From positions 1,561 through 65,560 of the forward strand of contig CAZUOJ010000004.1 in assembly GCA_964622325.1 (NCBI GenBank): a DNA stretch of 64,000 bases. Reading direction: 5' to 3'. The stretch comes from an uncultured Armatimonadia bacterium. Lineage in GTDB: Bacteria > Armatimonadota > Zipacnadia > Zipacnadales > UBA11051. The notes under the pieces are model-generated. The model made no database searches and was not told the DNA's origin. It saw only the letters and a list, made by a program, of their open reading frames with translations. Position 1 is the stretch's first letter. Every line of letters starts with the position of its first letter. A program made the translations under genes and the position numbers. Below are positions 57,568 through 64,000 of this stretch, piece after piece.

Positions 57568-59190
57568 TTACATTCCGCCTGCCGCCGCGCCCTTCTTTTC
57601 CTTCTCCTTTTCTTCCGGAATTTCCGCCAGGGCGCTTTCTGTCGTCAGTAGCATTCCGGCCACGCTCGCGGCATTCTCCAGCGCCGAGCGCGTGACTTTG
57701 AGCGGATCGGTAATGCCGGCTTTAATCATATTCACATATTCGCCCGTGCGCACATCAAAGCCGTAATGCTTCTTCTTGGAGTTGGCCACTTCGCGGGCGA
57801 CAATGTTGCCTTCATAGCCGGCATTGGCGGCGATTTGCTTGAGCGGCTCGGCGAGCGCTTTGCGGACGATTTCAATGCCAATGGCAATGTCCTCATCCTC
57901 TGTTTCCAGATTGTCCAGCGCCGCCGCCGCATGCACGAGCGCGGCGCCGCCGCCGGCGACGATGCCTTCGGCCACGGCAGCGCGCGTGGCGTTCAGCGCG
58001 TCCTCGAAGCGATGCTTGCGCTCCTTAAGCTCCGTCTCTGTGGCGGCGCCTACTTCAATCACAGCCACGCCGCCCGCTAATTTCGCCAGCCGCTCCTCCA
58101 GCTTCTCCCGATCGTAATCGCTATCTGTCTCCTCAATCTGGCGGCGAATTTGTTCAATGCGGGCTTTGATGGCCTCTTCCTTGCCGGCGCCCTCCACAAT
58201 CGTCGTATCATCCTTTGTGACTGTGACGCGCTTGGCGCGGCCCAGCATATCCAGAGTCACATTCTCCAGCTTGATGCCAAGATCTTCGGACAGGAAAGTG
58301 CCGGCTGTCAGAATGGCAATGTCTTCCAGCATCGCCTTGCGCCGATCGCCAAAGCCCGGGGCTTTCACGGCGCAGGCGCTCAGGATGCCGCGCAGCCGAT
58401 TCACGACGAGCGTGGCCAGAGCCTCGCCTTCCACATCTTCCGCCACAATCAACAAGGGCTTGCCCGCCTGGACAATCTGCTCCAAAAGCGGGACAATATC
58501 CGCCGCCGAACTGATTTTCTTTTCATACAAAAGGATATACGGCTCCTCCAGCACACACGCCATCGACTCCCGATCATTGATGAAATACGGCGACAGATAG
58601 CCCTTGTCAAACTGCATGCCTTCGACAAGCTTCAGATTCGTCTCTGTAGATTTGGACTCTTCTACCGTGATGACGCCATCCTTGCCGACTTCGCTCATCG
58701 CCTCGGCGACAATCTCCCCGATTGTCTCGGAATTGCCGGCGATGGAAGCGACATTGCGCATTTCCTCTTCTGTGCTCACGGGAATAGCGGCTTCGCGCAA
58801 AGCCTCGACGACCGCTTTGACCGCCTTGTCAATGCCGCGCTTAATCATCATCGGATTGGCGCCGGCCGCGACGGCCTTGAGGCCCTCGCGGATCATCGCC
58901 TGCGCCAGCACAGTCGCTGTTGTCGTGCCATCGCCCGCCACATCGTTTGTCTTGGAGGCGGCTTCCTTCAAAAGCTGCGCCCCCATATTCTCAAAATGAT
59001 CCTCCAGCTCAATTTCCTTGGCGACAGTCACGCCATCTTTTGTAATCACAGGAGAACCGTATTTCTTGTCCAGAAGGACATTGCGCCCGGCAGGCCCTAA
59101 TGTGACTTTCACGGCCTCCGCCACCAGATTGGCGCCGCGTTCCAGCGCCGCCCGGGCCTCCTCAGCATACAAAATGTTCTTGGCAGCCAT
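57568..59190 (-). CDS. groL: Chaperonin GroEL (Cpn60)
   Basis: [19 protein letters not shown]...[17 protein letters not shown]...[10 protein letters not shown] and a C-terminal GGM repeat; 540 aa. Confidence 0.95.
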   Translation of the reverse strand: MAAKNILYAEEARAALERGANLVAEAVKVTLGPAGRNVLLDKKYGSPVITKDGVTVAKEIELEDHFENMGAQLLKEAASKTNDVAGDGTTTATVLAQAMIREGLKAVAAGANPMMIKRGIDKAVKAVVEALREAAIPVSTEEEMRNVASIAGNSETIGEIVAEAMSEVGKDGVITVEESKSTETNLKLVEGMQFDKGYLSPYFINDRESMACVLEEPYILLYEKKISSAADIVPLLEQIVQAGKPLLIVAEDVEGEALATLVVNRLRGILSACAVKAPGFGDRRKAMLEDIAILTAGTFLSEDLGIKLENVTLDMLGRAKRVTVTKDDTTIVEGAGKEEAIKARIEQIRRQIEETDSDYDREKLEERLAKLAGGVAVIEVGAATETELKERKHRFEDALNATRAAVAEGIVAGGGAALVHAAAALDNLETEDEDIAIGIEIVRKALAEPLKQIAANAGYEGNIVAREVANSKKKHYGFDVRTGEYVNMIKAGITDPLKVTRSALENAASVAGMLLTTESALAEIPEEKEKEKKGAAAGGM

Positions 59191-59320
59191 ATCTATCCCT
59201 TCCTTTTCTTTGTATTCTCTGTAGCAAAAATCAGGGAGTTACGCTCCCGTCTCCTGAAACAAACTTTTAACTCCAGCGATGTGGATCTTGGCGTATCTGA
59301 ATTGTGGCCTGCAATCTCAA

Positions 59321-59644
59321 CTATTTTTTGCACTTTTTGCTTTCTTTTTTCTCTTCTTTATCTTCCACTAATTTGGCATACACCTGATCCGCTTCCAAAA
59401 GCAGATATTCTTCTCCCGCGTCCGTCACTTCGCGCCCGCCATATTTGGCGAACACTACGCGATCGCCGATCTGCACATCCAGAGGCTGTGTGGAGCCATC
59501 CTCCAGCCGATATTCCCCCACTGCCACTACCGTCCCCCACTGGGGCTTTTCGCGGGCTGTTTCCGGCAATACAATGCCGCCCTGTGTTGTTTCCGCCTCA
59601 TCCGGCTTGACAAGCACGCGTGCGCCCAAAACTTTCAATGCCAC
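59321..59644 (-). CDS. groS: Co-chaperonin GroES (Cpn10) with atypical Lys/Glu-rich C-terminal extension
   Basis: MALKVLGARVLVKPDEAETTQGGIVLPETAREKPQWGTVVAVG...; after the normal end (QVYAKL) comes VEDKEEKKESKKCKK. Confidence 0.9.
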   Translation of the reverse strand: MALKVLGARVLVKPDEAETTQGGIVLPETAREKPQWGTVVAVGEYRLEDGSTQPLDVQIGDRVVFAKYGGREVTDAGEEYLLLEADQVYAKLVEDKEEKKESKKCKK

Positions 59645-59777
59645 TTCCGATTCCTCCCTTCAGTCCTTGATGGCTATCCTGAAGCCCTGGCGTCACAGGA
59701 TAGACGCTTCAGGCAAAATAAACTTCGCTCAGGACGATTCTAATATAGCGCATATATTTAATTTTGGCAAGAGGATT

Positions 59778-59804
59778 TTAGCACTCTTAAGGCGAGAGTG
59801 CTAA
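59778..59804. promoter_or_regulatory. CIRCE operator (HrcA binding site), perfect consensus
   Basis: TTAGCACTC-ttaaggcga-GAGTGCTAA matches the TTAGCACTC-N9-GAGTGCTAA consensus, about 135 nt upstream of the groES start codon. Confidence 0.85.
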
Positions 59805-59878
59805 TTTTTCTTGCAGCTTTTCCAGCGGGCTGATTCTGCCGCGCAGATGCGCTTTTCAGCTTCGAACGCAGTGAGAGC

Positions 59879-60514
59879 TTATGGCCCATAATCGCAGGCG
59901 CCGTTGGCGGCTTTTTCGCCAGAGGCGCGGGGCAAGCCCCAATGAAAGTGCAGGCTGAGCAGCCGCAAGAGGATGACGAGGCTGAGCGCCACGGGCTGGC
60001 TGATGGCGGCCGGAACCTGCAGATGATGCAGCAGCCATAAACAGGTCGCGCCGACAATGCAGGCCGAGGCATAGATTTCGCGGCACAGAACGACAGGCAC
60101 ATCCCGCGCCAGCACATCGCGAATCACGCCGCCGCCGATGCCTGTCAGTGTGGCTAATACAACGGTGGCGACGCCGCCCAGGCCCGCTTCCAGCGCCCGG
60201 CTGCCGCCGATGATTGTAAACGCTCCCAGGCCTATCGCATCAAAAACAAGCAGCAGCGTTTCGCCTTTGACGAAAAGCTGATACAGGACAAACACGCCCA
60301 AGGCGGCGAGCGAAAGCAGAATATAGGTGGAGTCGCGAAACCAGAACGGCTGGCGGCCCAGCATCATATCACGCAGGGTCCCGCCGCCGATGGCCGTCAC
60401 TACCGCCAGTACTGCCAGGCCGAATAAATCCATCCCTTTGCGGGCGGCTTTCAGGGCGCCCGAAACGGCAAAAGCAAATGTGCCCACATAATCCAGAATT
60501 TGCAAAAAGGACAT
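59879..60514 (-). CDS. UPF0126 (YadS/YicG, TRIC-like) membrane protein, two-repeat channel family
   Basis: Two internal repeats, each with the G-G-G-x-x-R-D motif (AIGGGTLRDMMLG; GIGGGVIRDVLA). Seven hydrophobic segments. Confidence 0.75.
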   Translation of the reverse strand: MSFLQILDYVGTFAFAVSGALKAARKGMDLFGLAVLAVVTAIGGGTLRDMMLGRQPFWFRDSTYILLSLAALGVFVLYQLFVKGETLLLVFDAIGLGAFTIIGGSRALEAGLGGVATVVLATLTGIGGGVIRDVLARDVPVVLCREIYASACIVGATCLWLLHHLQVPAAISQPVALSLVILLRLLSLHFHWGLPRASGEKAANGACDYGP

Positions 60515-60838
60515 CGCTGATTTCCCCTGGGCTCTGGACCGATAATTTCTCGCTTCTTTGGCGCGGGCAAAAATGGCTCAGGAAGCATAATAGGCCAAAT
60601 GCCCTCATAAAGCAAGGCAGCGAAGGCGGCGCAGCTTAAGGCTTTGCGGCTGATAAAACTGATAAAAATAGCTTCTGCGCAGCCAGATGAGGGAGCAATG
60701 CCGCCTGAAGAGATGTAGCCTGGAAGATGAAGATGGGGGGATGAGAAACGCGCGGGGAGAGCCGCTTTATGGGGCTCTCCCCGGCACTCAATTCATGTGC
60801 AGCCGCCCCTTGTCCAGGCGTGCGGCGCTAGTCGCTAT

Positions 60839-62182
60839 TTACTTATTTGTCGCCGTCCAGGTGCCTGTCTTGCCGTAGGGCGGATTGCTTTCCGAAGTGC
60901 GCCAGGTGCCACTGGCGCCGCCGGCAGTCAAAGTGCCCCTGATAAACACCCACTCATTATCTCCAATTTCCACAACGGCCGCCAGCGTTCCATTGCCCGT
61001 CACGACACCCCGCAGCTCCACCGTGTTGTCGCCGGCAGCAATTGTTCCATAGGCAATGCCATCCGTGCCAATGTTCACTGTGCCGTTGGCGAATTGGTTG
61101 CCATTCTGGTCGCGCACTCTGATTTCCATCTGGCGGGCATAGCGCCAGTTGGCGCGCCAGCACTTGAAGGTGCCGCTGAGCTGCTCATAAGTGAAAGTTC
61201 CGCTGCCAGTATCATCTGTCTTCAGCCTGCCAGAGGCGCTGAAGTTGGGGCCGCTCAGCGTGAAATCGCCATCCGCTTCCACAACGCCAATTTTGTCGCC
61301 TGGATTTTGGGCTGGGCGGACGAGCCCTGGAGAAACCTGGTTCCCTTCGACATCCGCCACGACAATATCCCCATTCGCCAGGACTTCCACCGGCAATATT
61401 CCCAGAGGATCATTGTCGCCATCAAAGGGAATGAAAGCCCAAAATCCCTGTAAGGCGTTGGGGAGGGGCTGACTGGTGGAGCCCACGACCCAGGTGCCCT
61501 GCTGGCCATCTTTGGACCGCCAGGTGCCATTGCCACTTGTGCTCGTCAGCTGGCCCGTAAAAAATACCTGATCGTCAATCATTCCGGCAATCGTGCCGTT
61601 ACCGGTGACGACTGCCCCCAATTCACCCGTACTGCCGTTCACAACAACGGTTCCTGTTGCCAATCCCCCCGCCTGCACATTAATTGTCCCTGTGCCGATC
61701 TGCTCTCCCTGCTGATTGCGAATAATAATGTTGTATACTCGGCTTTGCCCATACGCCGCACGCCAGCACTGCACCGTCCCCTGGCCTTCCTCTGGCGAAG
61801 TCCAGGTTCCCGAACCCTGATCATTTGTGTTCAATTTGCCTGTAATCTGTACATTATCAAACTGGATTTCAAAATTGCCTTCGGCGTCCACACTGCCGAT
61901 TTTCGTGCCCGGCTGTTGCTCCTGCGCCGTACGCATGATTCCCCGGGCGCTTTGATTTTCTAAATCAGGGAGCACAATATCTCCATTGTCTTTAACTTCC
62001 ATTAATAATGCCCCGACAGGATTGCCATTCGCCGCAAAGCCGACCACCCCCCAATAGCCCTGCAGCGCCGCGGGAATCTCTTCTTCGCCTCCTCCCCCAC
62101 CACCTCCGCCACAGCCCCCGGCCAGCCAGATGGCCAGTGCCAGGAATAACAGGCCTAAAATCTTTACGCGCATACTCATCAC
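60839..62182 (-). CDS. Lipoprotein composed of a Gly-rich linker and two tandem 200-aa homologous beta-rich modules
   Basis: Lipobox LAGGC followed by GGGGGGGGEEE. Module 1 (from ALQGYWGVVGF) and module 2 (from ALQGFWAFIPF) align throughout: NGDIV, KIG.V.A.G.F, SG.L.T.D.GSGT.T, CWRA, GVVTGNGT, GTWR. Confidence 0.6.
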   Translation of the reverse strand: MMSMRVKILGLLFLALAIWLAGGCGGGGGGGGEEEIPAALQGYWGVVGFAANGNPVGALLMEVKDNGDIVLPDLENQSARGIMRTAQEQQPGTKIGSVDAEGNFEIQFDNVQITGKLNTNDQGSGTWTSPEEGQGTVQCWRAAYGQSRVYNIIIRNQQGEQIGTGTINVQAGGLATGTVVVNGSTGELGAVVTGNGTIAGMIDDQVFFTGQLTSTSGNGTWRSKDGQQGTWVVGSTSQPLPNALQGFWAFIPFDGDNDPLGILPVEVLANGDIVVADVEGNQVSPGLVRPAQNPGDKIGVVEADGDFTLSGPNFSASGRLKTDDTGSGTFTYEQLSGTFKCWRANWRYARQMEIRVRDQNGNQFANGTVNIGTDGIAYGTIAAGDNTVELRGVVTGNGTLAAVVEIGDNEWVFIRGTLTAGGASGTWRTSESNPPYGKTGTWTATNK

Positions 62183-62525
62183 CTCTTCAGAATGAAGCCA
62201 GCTACGCCGGCGTGGAGCCGCGAATAAAGAGGGCTTTACAGGTAATGGTAGTAGAATTATAGCACTCCCTTAACGGCAACGCAACTTCTTATAATCCAGC
62301 AATTATAGCAGGCGTTTGTGCAACGGAAGCGAAAATCAGCGAGCTTTACGGGATTAGCCTCAAGCATATACAAATTTCTTCTGATATTGTGATTGGGCAG
62401 AGGAAGCCAAAATCAAGAGAGCTTTGCGGGAGCGAAGGAGGAATTTTTTTATGACTAAAGAAAGCCTTTTTTAAGGCAAATGCAGTCCCCACACGCAGAA
62501 AGGCAAAAGAAGGGAGCGTCCACAC

Positions 62526-63527
62526 ATGCGCAGGATAAAATACGGCGTAATAGGCTTGGGGTGGTTTGGGGAAAAGCATCTGGAGGCGTTAGAAGGCATT
62601 CCGCAAGTGGAGATTTATTCGCTGTGTACGCGCACGGAAACGCGTTTGCAGGAGCTGCAGCAGCGCTTTCGGGCGCCGAAGGCCTTTACGGATTACAATG
62701 AAATGCTGGCGGATCCGGAGCTGGAAGCCGTGAGCATTACGACGATGTACAATCAGCACACGGGCCCGGCCTTGGCGGCGCTGGAGGCCGGCAAGCATGT
62801 GTTTTTGGAAAAGCCGATGGCGCATACGGTGGAGGATTGCGAAAAAATCGTGGCGGCAGCCCATGCGACGGATAAGGCCTTTATGGTGGGCCATATAGTG
62901 CGCTTCAATCCGCGCTATGCGGCGGGCAAGGAGGCTGTCGCCTCTGGCCGCATCGGCAAAATTGTATCCATGTATGCGCGGCGCAACATTCCGGCGTGGG
63001 TCGGCGCCAGCGTTTTGCCCAAAATAGGCCCCATCATTGGCGATGGCGTGCACGACACGGATATTATGCTCTGGTATTCGGGCGACAAAATCGTGAGCGT
63101 ATACGCCCAGACGACGGATGTGCGGGGCTTGGGGAATCCGGACATCGGCTGGACGATGTATCGGATGAAAAGCGGCGCCACAGCGGTTCTGGAAAATATC
63201 TGGTTTTTGCCCGATACGACCGCTTTCCAGATTGATGAGCGGATGGAAATCATTGGCACGGAAGGCTCGATTCATATTCACGAGACGCATCCGAATTTTT
63301 CGGTCTGCGACAAAACGGGCTGGCATTCCGTGGATACGACTTATTGGCCCAAGTTCCGCGGGGTCGTGATGGGGGCATTGCGCGAGGAATTGATGTATTT
63401 TGCCCAATGCGTGCTGGAGGGCCAAAAGCCTGATATTATTACGCCCGAGGAAAGTATGGAGGCCGTCCGTGCGTGTTTAGCCGCCGAAGAAAGCGCCCGC
63501 ACGGGGAAAGTCGTTACACTAGATTGA
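62526..63527 (+). CDS. Gfo/Idh/MocA family NAD(P)-dependent oxidoreductase
   Basis: MRRIKYGVIGLGWFGEKH Rossmann N-terminus and an EKP motif (VFLEKPMA); 333 aa. Confidence 0.85.
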   Translation: MRRIKYGVIGLGWFGEKHLEALEGIPQVEIYSLCTRTETRLQELQQRFRAPKAFTDYNEMLADPELEAVSITTMYNQHTGPALAALEAGKHVFLEKPMAHTVEDCEKIVAAAHATDKAFMVGHIVRFNPRYAAGKEAVASGRIGKIVSMYARRNIPAWVGASVLPKIGPIIGDGVHDTDIMLWYSGDKIVSVYAQTTDVRGLGNPDIGWTMYRMKSGATAVLENIWFLPDTTAFQIDERMEIIGTEGSIHIHETHPNFSVCDKTGWHSVDTTYWPKFRGVVMGALREELMYFAQCVLEGQKPDIITPEESMEAVRACLAAEESARTGKVVTLD

Positions 63528-63739
63528 GGGATAATTGCAGGCGCAGACGGCTATGGCGCAGGCGGGGATGGCCTGGCGGCATTCGGTGCCCTTTATCGCC
63601 ACAATCGCCTCCTGAAAGCGCCTTGCGCCAGATGTCTCGCTGTTTGGGGAAGCGACGGCTTGCCCGAGGGCCTGCCCGCATGCCTGCGGATAATCGGGGC
63701 CAGAAAAGCGATAATTTTGCCGTTTGGGCTTTGTTTTAG

Positions 63740-63768
63740 TTGACAAGCAGGGGACACTTATCTATACT
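63740..63768 (+). promoter_or_regulatory. Consensus sigma-70 promoter (TTGACA-17-TATACT) upstream of ffh
   Basis: TTGACAagcaggggacacttatcTATACT, followed by a leader containing hairpin GGCCGGATC-gcagcgtga-GATCCGGC plus TTGTTGTTTTCG. Confidence 0.5.
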
Positions 63769-63890
63769 AATAAATGGTTCGTCCGTACACATATACGGAA
63801 GGCCGGATCGCAGCGTGAGATCCGGCTTGTTGTTTTCGTGCTGGCCTGCGGCCTTTTGGGGACGAGAATATTATCCGGCAGAGCCCAAAA

Positions 63891-64000
63891 ATGTTTGAGT
63901 CACTGACCGAAAAGCTTCAGAATGCCTTCCGGCGCCTCTCCAGCCACGGAAAGCTGACCGCAAAGGATGTCCGCAACGGGCTGCGCGAAGTGCAATTAGC
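63891..64000 (+). CDS. ffh: Signal recognition particle protein Ffh, 5' partial (N-terminal 36 aa in window)
   Basis: MFESLTEKLQNAFRRLSSHGKLTAKDVRNGLREVQL matches the conserved Ffh N-domain start (MFE.LT.KL...F..L.G.G.L.E.DV...LRE). Confidence 0.8.
   Translation, partial: MFESLTEKLQNAFRRLSSHGKLTAKDVRNGLREVQL

Noticed and set aside
58150-59100. 316-aa and other long plus-strand ORFs inside groEL; similar long antisense ORFs inside msbA (20877-21652), the Gfo/Idh/MocA gene (62589-63425), the GGDEF gene (53019-53591), the sugar-phosphate isomerase gene (51433-51978) and the cobalamin ABC-transporter binding-protein gene (48951-49433)
   Set aside because: These are antisense shadows of high-confidence conserved genes in GC-rich DNA. 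Their Arg/Ala/Gly-rich translations have no motifs.
63531-63890. Possible SRP (4.5S) RNA next to ffh
   Set aside because: The hairpin in the ffh leader has a vaguely similar GGAAGG core. However, the conserved domain IV sequence (GGUCCGGAAGGAAGCAGCC-like) and the symmetric loop are not present, so it is kept only as a structured leader or possible sRNA.
1-64000. CRISPR arrays, IS elements, integrases, phage or defence-system genes
   Set aside because: I scanned both strands and found no direct-repeat/spacer arrays, transposase or integrase motifs (DDE, tyrosine recombinase R..H..R..Y), restriction-modification, toxin-antitoxin or nuclease-helicase defence genes. The window looks like core chromosome enriched in secreted CAZyme-like genes.

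Overview
Moderate-GC (about 55%) bacterial chromosomal segment, densely coding on both strands. The gene content suggests a Gram-negative from the Planctomycetes-Verrucomicrobia or Armatimonadetes neighbourhood; this is an impression from the sequence, not a database result, and is low confidence. The supporting features are a DUF1559 prepilin-like protein with an H-X9-DG motif, many ECF sigma/anti-sigma pairs, and many very large secreted carbohydrate-active-looking proteins. The window holds the following. (1) A lipid A late-pathway operon fabZ-lpxA-lpxB-msbA-waaA-lpxK-lpxL on the minus strand, with tRNA-Ala(CGC) where lpxD would be expected. (2) A cluster of giant secreted proteins: a 1177 aa and a 1598 aa protein that share a TGDERY motif, and CBM4/9-like N-domains ('NLxxNxGFE') on the 1177 aa protein and two others (the 35844..37685 and 44630..46594 ORFs). 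These flank a GH63-family glycosidase gene that is split by a single in-frame TAG, and a GH26-like gene. (3) Two tandem ECF sigma/anti-sigma (zf-HC2) modules, one with an RseB/LolA-like lipoprotein. (4) A second set of large secreted hydrolase-like ORFs; two overlapping ORFs in different frames look like one frameshifted gene. (5) tRNA-Leu(CAG) followed by an unusual 120-nt polypyrimidine tract. Downstream are a DUF1343 (NamZ-like) gene and a fumarylacetoacetate hydrolase (FAH) family gene. (6) A cobalamin riboswitch with its own consensus promoter and terminator-type expression platform, controlling a BtuF/C/D-like ABC importer. (7) A degenerate GGDEF protein, a rhomboid protease, and groES-groEL with a perfect CIRCE operator; the GroES has a Lys/Glu-rich tail. 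A UPF0126 channel, a lipoprotein built from two tandem 200-aa repeats, a Gfo/Idh/MocA oxidoreductase and the start of ffh complete the window. I found no CRISPR array, transposase, integrase or recognisable defence-system genes. The most unusual signals are the interrupted or frameshifted glycosidase genes, the paralogous giant secreted proteins, the polypyrimidine tract at tRNA-Leu, a small DnaJ-type zinc-finger protein and the GroES tail. A partial membrane-protein CDS on the minus strand at the window start is missing from the ORF track.
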